Of a DNA stretch of 64,000 nt, positions 41,925 through 55,021 are shown one piece after another. Location of the stretch: assembly GCA_964016885.1 (NCBI GenBank), contig OZ024761.1:12524001-12588000 (forward strand). Direction: 5' to 3'. Positions within the stretch are counted from its first letter, which is position 1, and the number at the start of each line of letters is the position of its first letter. The stretch comes from Eledone cirrhosa (Eukaryota). The notes under the pieces were generated by a model. It had not been told where the DNA came from and searched no databases. It saw nothing but the letters and a program-made list of their open reading frames with translations. A program made the translations under genes and the position numbers.

Positions 41925-42970
41925 AAAATACTTCATCAGACCTAATCCTAGGGTTAAAATACTTCATCAGAGCTGATCCCAGGGTTACAATACTTCATCA
42001 GAGCTGATTCCAGGGTTAAAATATTTCATCAGAGCTGATCCCAGGGTTAAAATACTCCATCAGAGCTGATTCCAGAGTTAAAATACTTCATCAGACCTAA
42101 TCCCAGGGTTAAAATACTTCATCAGAGCTGATTCCAGGGTTACAATACTTCATCAGAGCTGATCCCAGAGTTACAATACTTCATCAGAGCTGATCCCAGG
42201 GTTAAAATATTTCATCAGAGCTGATCCCAGAGTTACAATACTTCATCAGAGCTGATCCCAGGGTTAAAATATTTCATCAGACCTAATCCCAAGGTTAAAA
42301 TACTTCATCAGACCTAATACCAGGGTTAAAATACTCCATCAGAGCTGATCCCAGAGTTAAAATACTTCATCAGACCTAATCCCAGGGTTAAAATACTTCA
42401 TCAGAGCTGATCCCAGGGTTAAAATACTTCATCAGAGCTGATCACAGAGTTAAAATACTTCATCAGAGCTGATCCCAGGGTTAAAATACTTCATCAGAGC
42501 TGATCCCAGGGTTAAAATACTTCATCAGAGCTGATCCCAGGGTTAAAATACTTCATCAGAGCTGATCCCAGGGTTACAATACTTCATCAGAGCTGATCCC
42601 AGAGTTACAATACTTCATCAGAGCTGATCCCAGGGTTAAAATATTTCATCAGACCTAATCCCAAGGTTAAAATACTTCATCAGACCTAATCCCAGGGTTA
42701 AAATACTTCATCAGAGCTGATCCCAGGGTTAAAATACTTCATCAGAGCTGATCCCAGGGTTAAAATATTTCATCAGACCTAATCCCAAGGTTAAAATACT
42801 TCATCAGAGCTGATCCCAGAGTTACAATACTTAATCAGGCCTAATCCCAGGGTTAAAATACTTCATCAGAGCTGATCCCAGGGTTAAAATACTTCATCAG
42901 AGCTGACCTCAGGGTTGAAATACTCCATCAGAGCTGATCCCAGGGTTAAAATACTTCATCAGAGCTGATG
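41925..42970. repeat. 31-bp minisatellite, about 33 copies
   Basis: catcagagctgatcccagggttaaaatactt. Confidence 0.95.
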
Positions 42971-43034
42971 ACAGCAAAGGAGTGGGCATTTTAACCTTTT
43001 TGTGATAATATTTCTAATGAAATACACTATCATT

Positions 43035-43470
43035 CCTAGAGCATGTACAACCACTGGTATTGTTTTAGCTCTCAACTTCCACATTTTTCAAATCTCTATT
43101 TCCAGGTCTTTTATATTTGCACAATTTTTCAAATGTTTTTTATAGATACATACTTGTCTCTAGGAACGGTCATGTCAATTAGCAGGCATACCGGCTGTTT
43201 AACCCTTTAGCATATAAACCGGCCAGAATTCTCTCACCTCTTTCTGTTCAAACCGGCTGTAACTAGCCACTCATACTGATGTTAAGGTATTGTTCTCAAA
43301 ATAAATAATATCAAAATCTCATAGATTTGATATTATGTGAGATATTATGAAAAATAGAGCCTTTTATGGCAAAAATGCAATAGTATATATAGAGTAAAAG
43401 GTGAAAGTCCTTCAGTATTATATCAGGTCTATTTGCATCTAGTTTTTCGTCTGTTTGGATGCTCATATTA
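43035..43470 (-). mobile_element. R4/Dong-like LINE restriction-like endonuclease relic, split by a piggyBac MITE (43199-43400)
   Basis: IQTDEKLDANRPDIILKD // CLLIDMTVP..KYKDLEIEI*KMWKL..IPVVV. Confidence 0.7.
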
Positions 43471-43807
43471 TTATTTATGGTTGGCTAATTTGAGGAGGAG
43501 AGAGGTGCTCTCCCCGGGTGCCCTAGAAGCACAGGGTGGTTCAGGATTGGTGGGGTACCTGAGTCACCCCAGGGTCATCCACCCCCTATAGGGGAATTTA
43601 TTTTGTTATGTTTATGCATAGTTTATTTTATATTTTTATATTTTCATTGTTAAATTAGTCTTGCCATTGTGCACTTTTACTCAACCTTATTGTAAACCCC
43701 CCACTGTCCCTGTCTTTGTATTCTCCCCCACTGTCCCTGTCTTTATATTGTACCCTACATGTCAGCCCCTGTGGCCAATAAATGAAATCAATATTATTAT
43801 TATTATT

Positions 43808-44185
43808 CTGGATAGAAGTGAAGCAAGCATGCTCCATTGGATGTGCAATGTCAATGTGCGTGAACGACCAAGCATGGATGAGTTGAGAGAGAAACTGTGT
43901 ATAAGAGTTAGGTGTGCAGGAGAGAAGACTGAGATGGTATGGACATGTGATGTGCATGGAGGATGACTGCTGGGTAAAGAAGTACCAAGAAGTCCCAGTA
44001 GAAGGAAGATGCAGTAGAGGAAGACCACATAAAACATGGGCGGAGGTGGTGAGAGCGGACCTCAGATCACTGAAGCTCACGGAGGAGATGACGAAGGACC
44101 GTGACAAGTGGAGAGATGCTGTGCTGAATAAGACCTGTCCCACCCTTGCAAGCAGGGAAAAGCTGCTGTAAAATGATGATGATGA
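43808..44185 (+). mobile_element. RTE LINE 3' end (same family as 29500)
   Basis: RRLRWYGHV..EGRCSRGRPHKTW; (GAT)n tail. Confidence 0.9.
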
Positions 44186-44243
44186 TTCTATTTTAACAGT
44201 TTTGGTTCCTATTGGATGTTGATGGGGTTCAAATGAGATTTAC

Positions 44244-44288
44244 TTGAGTAAAAGAATATAATTTAGAAAGACAGACAACAAAGACAGA
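44244..44288 (-). other. Candidate 45-nt exon
   Basis: Long pyrimidine tract ttctactttcag| ... CAA|gtaaat; two open frames. Confidence 0.35.
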
Positions 44289-44977
44289 CTGAAAGTAGAA
44301 ATATTGTGAAAAGGTCAACAGAGAAATAAAAAATAGTCACACATTCACAACTTGTCATTTATATTAACAACACAACCTAGATATCAGTTGGTAGGTAGTG
44401 TTCATACATTAGAGATACACACACTAACATATTCAAACATGGGTATATTGACACACACATAGTCTAACACACACACACATACACACTATCATATTCAAAC
44501 ATAGGCACATTCACACATACTCAGAAACACATAGTCTAACATACACACACAAACACAACCAAACACACACATACACACACAACCAAAGACACACAAACAG
44601 AACAATGGTTGCACAAGGACACAGAGACACACACATGCACACACACACACACACACCTTTTTTTAGTTTACATTTAGCCTGCTTACAAAAACAAATTGGA
44701 AATATTGAACTGCGGAAGCATTGATAGAGATATTGAACTGTGACAGTTATTGATAGAAATATTGAACTGTAAAATTTATTGGTAGACATATTGAACTGTG
44801 GAAGTATTGATAGAAATATAAAAACTGACCTTGCTCACTTACACGTCTCTAAGACAATGTCATTGGATCGAGATCTTTGGTGCTATGCAGTTGTACAGAA
44901 GACCTGCCTTCCCTTCAGTAGGGACCTCTTAACCCAATATATACCCCACCCCATCCACTGTGTCAGTGATTCAACAA

Positions 44978-47900
44978 AAGGCTCCCAGTCCACACTGTAA
45001 AGTGGTTGTGTAGGAGACACAGTAAAAAGGCTCCCAGTTCACACTGTAAAGTGGTTGTGTAGGAGACACAGTAAAAAGGCTCCCAGTCCACACTGTAAAG
45101 TGGTCGTGTAGGTGACACAGTAAAAAGGCTCCCAGTCCACACTGTAAAGTGGTCGTGTAGGAGACACAGTAAAAAGGCTCCCAGTCCACACTGTAAAGAG
45201 GTCGTGTAGGAGACACAGTAAAAAGGCTCCCAGTCCACACTGTAAGGTGGTCGTGTAGGAGACACAGTAAAAAGGCTCCCAGTCCACACTGTAAAGTGGT
45301 CGTGTAGGAGACATGGTAAAAAGGCTCCCAGTCCATACTGTAAAGTGGTTGTGTAGGTGACACAGTAAAAAGGCTCCCAGTCCACACTGTAAGGTGGTTG
45401 TGTAGGAGACACAGTAAAAAGGCTCCCAGTCCACACTGTAAAGTGGTCGTGTAGGAGACACAGTAAAAAGGCTCCCAGTCCACACTGTAAGGTGGTCGTG
45501 TAGGAGACACAGTAAAAAGGCTCCCAGTCCACACTGTAAAGTGGTCGTGTAGGAGACATGGTAAAAAGGCTCCCAGTCCATACTGTAAAGTGGTTGTGTA
45601 GGTGACACAGTAAAAAGGCTCCCAGTCCACACTGTAAGGTGGTTGTGTAGGAGACACAGTAAAAAGGCTCCCAGTCCACACTGTAAAGTGGTTGTGTAGG
45701 AGACACAGTAAAAAGGCTCCCAGTCCACACTGTAAAGTGATCATGTAGGAGACATGGTAAAAAGGCTCCCAGTCCATACTGTAAAGTGGTTGTGTAGGTG
45801 ACACAGTAAAAAGGCTCCCAGTCCACACTGTAAGGTGGTTGTGTAGGAGACACAGTAAAAAGGCTCCCAGTCCATACTGTAAAGTGGTTGTGTAGGAGAC
45901 ACAGTAAAAAGGCTCCCAGTCCACACTGTAAAGTGGTCGTGTAGGTGACACAGTAAAAAGGCTCCCAGTCCACACTTAAAGTGGTCGTGTAGGAGACACA
46001 GTAAAAAGGCTCCCAGTCCACACTTAAAGTGGTCGTGTAGGAGACACAGTAAAAAGGCTCCCAGTCCACACTGTAAAGTGGTCGTGTAGGTGACACAGTA
46101 AAAAGGCTCCCAGTCCACACTTAAAGTGGTCGTGTAGGAGACACAGTAAAAAGGCTCCCAGTCCACACTGTAAAGTGGTCATGTAGGAGACACAGTAAAA
46201 AGGCTCCCAGTCCACACTGTAAAGTGGTCATGTAGGAGACACAGTAAAAAGGCTCCCAGTCCACACTGTAAGGTGGTCGTGTAGGAGACACAGTAAAAAG
46301 GCTCCCAGTCCACACTGTAAGGTGGTCGTGTAGGAGACACAGTAAAAAGGCTCCCAGTCCACACTGTAAGGTGGTCGTGTAGGAGACATAGTAAAAAGGC
46401 TCCCAGTCCACACTGTAAAGTGGTCGTGTAGGAGACACAGTAAAAAGGCTCCCAGTCCACACTGTAAAGTGATCATGTAGGAGACATGGTAAAAAGGCTC
46501 CCAGTCCACACTGTAAAGTGGTCGTGTAGGAGACACAGTAAAAAGGCTCCCAGTCCACACTGTAAGGTGGTCGTGTAGGAGACACAGTAAAAAGGCTCCC
46601 AGTCCACACTGTAAAGTGGTCGTGTAGGAGACACAGTAAAAAGGCTCCCAGTCCACACTGTAAAGTGATCATGTAGGAGACATGGTAAAAAGGCTCCCAG
46701 TCCATACTGTAAAGTGGTCGTGTAGGTGACACAGTAAAAAGGCTCCCAGTCCACACTTAAAGTGGTCGTGTAGGAGACACAGTAAAAAGGCTCCCAGTCC
46801 ACACTGTAAAGTGGTCGTGTAGGAGACACAGTAAAAAGGCTCCCAGTCCACACTGTAAAGTGGTCGTGTAGGTGACACAGTAAAAAGGCTCCCAGTCCAC
46901 ACTGTAAGGTGGTCGTGTAGGAGACACAGTAAAAAGGCTCCCAGTCCACACTGTAAAGTATTCGTGTAGGTGACACAGTAAAAAGGCTCCCAGTCCACAC
47001 TGTAAAGTATTCGTGTAGGTGACACAGTAAAAAGGCTCCCAGTCCACCCTGTAAAGTGGTCGTGTAGGTGACACAGTAAAAAGGCTCCCAGTCCACACTG
47101 TAAAGTGGTCGTGTAGGAGACACAGTAAAAAGGCTCCCAGTCCACACTGTAAAGTATTCGTGTAGGTGACACAGTAAAAAGGCTCCCAGTCCACACTGTA
47201 AAGTATTCGTGTAGGTGACACAGTAAAAAGGCTCCCAGTCCACACTGTAAGGTGGTCGTGTAGGAGACACAGTAAAAAGGCTCCCAGTCCACACTGTAAA
47301 GTATTCGTGTAGGTGACACAGTAAAAAGGCTCCCAGTCCACACTGTAAAGTATTCGTGTAGGTGACACAGTAAAAAGGCTCCCAGTCCACACTGTAAAGT
47401 GGTCGTGTAGGTGACACAGTAAAAAGGCTCCCAGTCCACACTGTAAAGTATTCGTGTAGGTGACACAGTAAAAAGGCTCTCAGTCCACACTGTAAAGTGG
47501 TCGTGTAGGAGACACAGTAAAAAGGCTCCCAGTCCACACTGTAAAGTGGTCGTGTAGGAGACACAGTAAAAAGGCTCCCAGTTCACACTGTAAAGTGGTC
47601 GTGTAGGAGACATGGTAAAAAGGCTCCCAGTCCACACTGTAAAGTGGTCGTGTAGGAGACATGGTAAAAAGGCTCCCAGTCCACATTGTAAAGTGGTCGT
47701 GTAGGAGACATGGTAAAAAGGTTCCCAGTCCACACTGTAAAGTGGTTGTGTAGGAGACATGGTAAAAAGGTTCCCAGTCCACACTGTAAAGTGGTCGTGT
47801 AGGAGACATGGTAAAAAGGTTCCCAGTCCACACTGTAAAGTGGTCGTGTAGGAGACATGGTAAAACGGCTCCCAGTCAACACTGTAAAGTGGTCGTGTAG

Positions 47901-48085
47901 GAGACATGGTAAAAAGGCTCCCAGTCCACACTGTAAAGTGGTCGTGTAGGAGACATGGTAAAAAGGCTCCCAGTCAACACTGTAAAGTGGTCGTGTAGGA
48001 GACATGGTAAAAAGGCTCCCAGTCCACATTGTAAAGTGGTCGTGTAGGAGACATGGTAAAAAGGCTCCCAGTCCACATTGTAAAG
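44978..48085. repeat. 49-bp minisatellite (about 63 copies) continuous with a SINE-like tail
   Basis: ggctcccagtccacactgtaaagtggtcgtgtaggagacacagtaaaaa; runs into ggtgttaggaagggcatccagc at 48091. Confidence 0.95.
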
Positions 48086-48331
48086 TGGTTGGTGTTAGGA
48101 AGGGCATCCAGCCATAGAAAACCTGCCAGAGACACTTCTGTACGAGCGAGACATGGTCTCCTGACCAATCCCGCATCAAATGGAACAAAACCATCTAGCC
48201 CATGCTAGCGTGGAAGATGATGATAATAATTGTTTCTACTCTTGGCACAAGGCCAGCAATTACCCGAGTGCATTACTGGTACTTCATTTTATCGACCCTG
48301 TAAGGATGAAAGGCAGCCAACTTTTTTTTAA

Positions 48332-48504
48332 CCCTTTAGCATTTAAACCGACCATATCTGGCCAAAATTCTCTCACTACTTTCTGTTCAAACCGGCTATA
48401 ATCAGCCACTCATACTGATGTTAAGGTATTGTCCTCAAAATAATATCAAAATCTCATAAAAATACAATAGTATATATATAGAGAGGAATGTAAATGGTAA
48501 AGGG
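48332..48504. mobile_element. piggyBac-like MITE
   Basis: TTAA-ccctttagcattta...taaaggg-TTAA. Confidence 0.8.
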
Positions 48505-49776
48505 TTAATCTGGGCTGTTTGGCCACTAATGTGTGTGTGTGTGTGTATGTCTGTGTGTGTAAGTGTGTTTCTGTGTGTGTAAGTGTGTGTTTACATGCAT
48601 GTCCTCCTTGTGTCCAAATGTGCATGTGTGTTTCTGTGTATGCATGTTTACGTGTTTCTCTGTGTGTGTGTGTGTGTGTGTGTTTCTGTGTGTTTCTGTG
48701 TGTGTGTGTGTGTGTTTCTTTGTGTGTGTGTTTCTCTGTGTGTGTGTGTTTCTGTGTGTCTGTGGGAAATCTCCCCCCTCCCCCCTCCCCTCACTCTTCT
48801 GGTAAATTCAACACCTGCTGAGGGGGGATGATAAAGAGAGAATCTGTTGAATCTTAGTCTAGAGGAGGGGGAAGGGGGGAGAAGAGGGGGTATTCCCAAA
48901 TTGTTGTTGATCAGGTCAACTGGTTTCATGTGTGGAGAGAGGGGGGGGGGGGGTATTGTGAGAGGGTGCCATGGAGATAAGGGTTGCTAAGATGCTAGTC
49001 TTCTTCTGATCTACAGTCCACCACCACCCTTGTAAAATGCATTCAGCCATGTCAGTGAAGTGTTGGGACACAGGGCGGTGGTGGGGTGGTGGTGGGAGAC
49101 AGGGTAGTGGTGGGAGACAGGGTGGTAGTGGTGGCGGGGTATCGTTTGGATAGGACTAGGGTGAGGACAGCTAATCTATAAAGTTGGTTGTGGGACTGTC
49201 TGACTGTGGGATTGTGTGTGTGTGTGTCTGTGTGTGTGTGTGTGACTGTGTATGTGAATGTATGTGTGAGGTTGTATGTGACTATGACTGTGTGTGTATG
49301 AGTGTAACTGCGTATATGTGTGATTGTGTGTGACTATGTGTATGTGACTTTGTGACTGTGTACATGTGTGACTATGTGACTGTGTGTGTGTGTGTGACTG
49401 TGTACATGTGTGACTTTGTGACTGTGTGTGTGTGTGTGACTGTGTACATGTGTGTGTGTGACTGTGTACATGTGTGACTATGTGACTGTGTGTGTGTGTG
49501 TGACTGTGTACATGTGTGACTATGTGACTGTGTGTGTCTGTGTTCTCAAACAGCTGTTCTGTCCAAAATAAGTGAGCCAGCAGTAATTCTACAGTGGAAC
49601 GCACTTACTGCCTTAGAGAGGTGACAGTCATTAAGGTCGAAACATTTTCCAAGAGAGGCAATAGATGAGGAGGAGTGGGAGGGAGAGAAAGAGAGAGAAA
49701 GACAGGGGGAGGAGGAGAAAGAGAGTTATTGATCATGGTTGAACTATTTCTAGTCTCCCTAGTCAAAAAACTTAAC

Positions 49777-49913
49777 CTTTAGAATGCTATTTCTGGAGCA
49801 ACTGTTAATTTTCTCATCAAAGCTGGAATTGGCAGGATAAGACAGAAGAGATATCAGAATCCTCTCCTTCTGATGCAATAAGTCCTTATGTTCAGGTGTG
49901 TGATGGACTGGGT
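49777..49913 (-). CDS. Candidate coding exon (137 nt), unidentified protein
   Basis: tttttag|AC...AAG|gttaag; single open frame DPVHHTPEHKDLLHQKERILISLLSYPANSSFDEKINSCSRNSILK; phase fits 56780-56816. Confidence 0.4.
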
Positions 49914-50141
49914 CTAAAAATATTGGTTGCCAGAAGGAAACAAACAGGGCAACCCCACAACTACAATACAATCATTTAATTTTTATTAGGAATAAATAAT
50001 TATTTTCCAAAAGTCCTCTCTATTTCAGTGTATGCGATTAACTGTAAAATTGTTAAGTAAAAATACAGATTATAGAATTTATTATTCTGGTGCTTGGAAC
50101 ATAACTAATATAGTGTGGTTTGTGAGAGATCTGTTGTTTAG

Positions 50142-50913
50142 CCCTTTAGCATTTACATTATTCTATATATACTATAATAGTATATATAGAATAATTGTTT
50201 CTACTATTGGCACAAGGCCAGCAATTACCCAGTACATTACTGGTACTTTATTTTATCGACCCCGTAAGGATGAAAGGCCGAGGTTAACTTTGCCTTTCAA
50301 CCTTACGGGGTCGATAAAATAAAGTACCAGTAATGTACTGGGTATTTGCTGGCCTTGTGCCAATAGTAGAAACAATTACTCTATATATACTATTATATTT
50401 TCACAATAAAGTCTTTATCTTGCATAATTATCTCACATAATATCGAATCTATGAGATTCATGTTATTTATTTTGAGAGCAATACCTTAGTGTAAGTATGA
50501 GTGGCCAGTTACAGCCGGTTGAACAGAAAGAGTTGAGAGAGTTTTGGCCAGATACAGCCGGTTTAAATGCTAAAGGGTTAAGACGTGATGTGGTTTGTGA
50601 CAGATCTGTTGCTTAACCCTTTAGCATTTAAACCGGCCGTGTCCGGCTAGGATTCTCTCACCTATTTCTATTCAAACCAGCTTATACCAACATTAAGGTA
50701 TTGTTCTCAAAATAAATAATAACATCATTAACATCAGTATGAGCAGCCGGTTACAGCCAGTTTAAATAGAAAGAGGTGAATCTATGAGATTTTGGTATTA
50801 TTTATTTTGAGAACAATACCTCAACATCAGTATGAGCAGCCGGTTACAGCCGGTTTAAATAGAAAGATGTGAGAGAATTCTGACTGGATATGGCCAGTTT
50901 AAATGCTAAAGGC
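50142..50913. mobile_element. Two adjacent piggyBac-like MITEs, the first containing a SINE-tail foldback
   Basis: 50142-50577 and 50617-50913 with TTAA-like flanks. Confidence 0.75.
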
Positions 50914-51354
50914 TTAAGGAGATTTTTTCTTTTTTGTCTAAGCTGCTGGTTGATTTGTAGAACAAGGCACTAGGAGTTCCCTCTTTGTTTGTGTGTGTAT
51001 ATATATGTGTGTGTGTGTGCATCAGTGTGTATGTTTATGTGTGTGTGTGTATGCTCTGAATCATTTGAAATAAACAGAAACAGTTCAACTCACTGACATC
51101 CCACCTCTCCTCTCTCAATTTCCTTCTTTTAGAAAACATCAAAATGTATTTAGAGAAGGATCATAGGATGGTGGAGGGGAGGAAAGAGGGGGGGGTGCAC
51201 AACAACAAAAATAACAAAATCGCCCCCACCCACCCCCGTGTCTCTTTACCCCCAACCCTGAAAGCAAAGCAGCACTTTTATATATATATATATATAGGGT
51301 GTCACAAAAAAAATCATCACCACTACTACACACCTCTCTCTCTGTATATATATA

Positions 51355-53480
51355 GTAGTGGTGGTGGTAGTAGTGGAGGTGGTGGTGGTAGTAGTGGAGG
51401 TGGTGGTAGTAGTGGTAGTAGTGGAGGTGGTGGTAGTAGTAGTGGAGGTGGTGGTGGTGGTAGTAGTGGAGGTGGTGGTGGTGGTAGTAGTAGTGGAGGT
51501 GGTGGTGGTAGTCGTAGTAGTGGAGGTGGTGGTGTTGGTAGTAATGGAGGTGGTGGTGGTAGTAGTGGAGGTGGTGGTGTTGGTAGTAGTGGAGGTGGTG
51601 GTGGTAGTAGTGGAGGTGGTGGTGGTAGTAGTGGAGGTGGTGGTAGTAGTAGTGGTGGTGGTGGTGGTAGTAGTAGTGGAGGTGGTGGTGGTAGTAGTAG
51701 TGGAGGTGGTGGTGGTGGTAGTAGTAGTGGAGGTGGTGGTGGTGGTAGTAGTAGTGGAGGTGGTGGTGGTAGTCGTAGTAGTAGTACCAGTAGTAGTAGT
51801 AGTAGTAATAATAGTAGTAGTAGTACCAGTAGTAGTAATAGTAGTAGTAGTAGTGGTAGTAGTAGTAATAATAGTAGTAGTAGTAGTAATAGTAGTGGTA
51901 GTAGTAGTAGTAATAGTAGTACCAGTAGTGGTAGTAGTAGTAGTAATAGTAGTACCAGTAGTAGCAATAGTGGTAGTAATAGTAGTACCAGTAGTAGTAG
52001 TAGTGGTAGTAATAGTAGTACCAGTAGTAGTAGTAGTGGTAGTAATAGTAGTACCAGTAGTACCAGTAGTAGTAGTAGTGGTAGTAATAGTAGTACCAGT
52101 AGTAGTAGTAGTGGTACTTAGTTCACAAACTATGATTTTCTCCGTAGTTCCGCATTGACTCCACGGCACTGGGGGGGGGGTAAATATCGACTGGGAAAAT
52201 CGAATTAGGTCGAACAGAGAAGAAATGATTGGGGTGGGATATAAAACAATACAATAATGGTGGTGGTGGTGTGTGGTGGCGTTGGTAGTGGTGGTGGTGG
52301 TAGTGGTGGTGGTGTTGGTAGTGGTGGTGTGTGGTGGTGGTGTTGGTGGTGTGGTGGTGGTGGTAGTGGTGGTGGTGGTAGTGGTGGTGGTGTTGGTAGT
52401 GGTGGTGTGTGGTGGTGGTGTTGGTGGTGTGGTGGTGGTGGTAGTGGTGGTGGTGGTGGTGTGTGGTGGCGTTGGTAGTGGTGGTGGTGTGTGTGGTGGT
52501 GGTGGTGGTAGTGGTGGTGGTAGTGGTGGTGTGTGTGTGGTGGTGTGTGTGTGTGTGTGTGTGTGTGGTGGTGTTGGTTTGTTGGTAGTGGTGGTGGTGT
52601 GTGTGTGGTGGTGTTGGTAGTGGTGGTGGTGGTGGTAGTGGTGGTGGTAGTGGTGGTGTGTGTGTGGTGTGTGTGGTGTGTGTGGTGGTGTGTGGTGGTG
52701 GTGGTGGGTGTGTGTGTGTGGTGGTGTTGTTGGTTTGTTGGTGGTGGTGGTGGTGGTGATGGTGATAGTGTGTGTGTGTGGTGGTGTTGGTGGTGGTAGT
52801 GGTGGTGTGTGGCGGTGGTGTTGTTGGTTTGTTGGTAGTGGTGGTGTGTGTGTGGTGGTGGTGGTGTTGTTGGTTTGTTGGTAGTGGTGGTGGTGATAGT
52901 GTGTGTGTGTGTGTGGTGGTGTTGGTAGTGGTGGTGTGTGTGTGGTGGTGGGGGTTTGTTGGTAGGGTTGGTGTGGTGGTGGTGGTGTTGGTGGTGGTAG
53001 TGGTGGTGTGTGGCGGTGGTGTTGTTGGTTTGTTGGTAGTGGTGGTGGTGATAGTGTGTGTGTGGTGGTGTTGGTAGTGGTGGTGTGTGTGTGGTGGTGG
53101 TGGTGTTGTTGGTTTGTTGGTAGTGGTGGTGGTGATAGTGTGTGTGTGTGTGGTGGTGTTGGTAGTGGTGGTGTGTGTGTGGTGGTGGGGGTTTGTTGGT
53201 AGGGTTGGTGTGGTGGTGGTGGTGTTGGTGGTGGTAGTAGTGGTGGTGTGTGGCGGTGGTGTTGTTGGTTTGTTGGTAGTGGTGGTGGTGATAGTGTGTG
53301 TGTGGTGGTGTTGGTAGTGGTGGTGTGTGTGTGGTGGTGGTGGTGATTGTTGTGGTGGTGGGGGTTTGTTGGTAGGGTTGGTGTGGTGGTGGTGGTGTGG
53401 GTGGTGGTGGTGTGGGTGGTGGTGTTGGTGATGATTGTTGTGGTGGTGGTGATTGTTGTGGTGGTGTGTGGTAATGGTGG
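51355..53480. repeat. GGT/AGT and GGT/GT compound repeats
   Basis: 51355-52115 and 52260-53480. Confidence 0.9.
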
Positions 53481-54022
53481 TGGATCGGTAGAGCATCGGT
53501 TTAAATGTGCTGTGGTATATGTTTCCGGCTTTTTTACTTTCTGAGTTCAAATCCCGGGGGTAAATTTCATATCTAATCCTTCAGGAATCAATCACCAGTT
53601 ATATACCGAGGGTTGATTTAATCGACTATCCCACCCATAACGACCTGGGGCTGAGATGAGGGGGAGGGGGACTGACCTGGGGCTGAGATGGTGATTGACT
53701 GGGGGAGGGGCTGAGATGGTGATTGACTGGGGATGGAGGCTGACCTAGGAGCCTGAGGTGATGATTGACAGGGCGTGAGGGGTTGACCTGATGTTTGACT
53801 GTGGGTGGGGCTGGCCTGATGTTTGACTGTGGGTGGGGCTGGCCTGATGTTTGACTGTGGGTGGGGCTGGCCTGATGTTTGACTGTGGGTGGGGCTGGCC
53901 TGATGTTTGACTGTGGGTGGGGCTGACCTGAGGCTGACAGGACGACCGACCTGGAGTTAAACAACAACAAACGGCAATTGATGTCAACGATTCGCTAAAT
54001 TTCTAGAGAGAATCATGGCCAT

Positions 54023-54720
54023 TCCACCCCGTTGTAAGGTGTACAGCCACCCCGCTGTAGGGGATACAGCCACCCCGTTGTAGGGTGTACAGCCACCCCG
54101 CTGTAGGGGATACAGCCACCCCGTTGTAGGGGATACAGCCACCCCGTTGTAGGGTATACAGCCACCCCGTTGTAGGGGATACATCCACTCCATTGTAGGG
54201 GATACATCCACTCCATTGTAGGGGATACATCCACTCCATTGTAAGGTATACAGCCACCCCGTTGTAGGGGATACATCCACTCCATTGTAGGGTATACAGC
54301 CACCCCGTTGTAGGGGATACATCCACCCCGTTGTATGGGATACATCCACTCCATTGTAAGGTATACAGCCACCCCGTTGTAGGGGATACATCCACTCCAT
54401 TGTAGGGATACATCCACCCCGTTGTAGGGGATACATCCACTCCATTGTAGGGAATACAGCCACCCCATTGTAGGGTATACAGCCACCCCGTTGTAGGATA
54501 TACAGCCACCCCGTTGTAGGGTATACAGCCACCCCGTTGTAGGGGATACATCCACTCCATTGTAGGGAATACAGCCACCCCATTGTAGGGTATACAGCCA
54601 CCCCGTTGTAGGATATACAGCCACCCCGTTGTAGGGTATACAGCCACCCCGTTGTAGGGAATACAGCTACCCCATTGTAGGGTGTACAGCCACCCCATGG
54701 GGGGTATACAGCCACCCTAT
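54023..54720. repeat. 23-bp minisatellite, about 30 copies
   Basis: ccaccccgttgtaggggatacag. Confidence 0.95.
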
Positions 54721-54774
54721 TGTAGAGTGTACACCCACTCCGTCTGTTGGGAGTTACGGGGCAATACCATAGAT

Positions 54775-55021
54775 CAGACATGTCAAACATGCGGCGGCCC
54801 TTTACAAGCACACCTGCAGCTTACACAAAGGTTTTACAACGCGAGCATCTTTTATTTTCGTAAAATTAGTTGTAATGTGCGCAATTAGTTGTCGTGTGTG
54901 GCCCTCAGACAACACATGTGTGACCCATGTGGCCCTCAGACAACACATGTGTGACCCATGTGGCCCTCAGACAACACGTGATCTATGTGGCCCTCGGGGT
55001 ACCCTCAGTTTGGCATGCCAG
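54775..55021. mobile_element. hAT (Charlie-like) MITE
   Basis: TIR cagacatgtcaaac/gtttggcatgccag; 8-bp TSD ccatagat/ccatagaa. Confidence 0.75.

Noticed and set aside
41925-42970. Repeated CTGATGA on the minus strand as tandem hammerheads or C boxes
   Set aside because: No GAAA half-core or helix II in the unit; no snoRNA terminal stem.
44963-48194. Overlapping 200-420 aa ORFs / CRISPR-like periodicity
   Set aside because: 49-bp tandem units with no unique spacers and no cas genes; SINE-derived minisatellite.
49609-49611. 3-nt micro-exon (ctctaag|GCA|gtaagt, minus strand)
   Set aside because: Plausible signals but indistinguishable from chance without junction reads.
51144-53550. Gly/Ser-rich and His/Thr-rich ORFs
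   Set aside because: GGT/AGT simple repeats.
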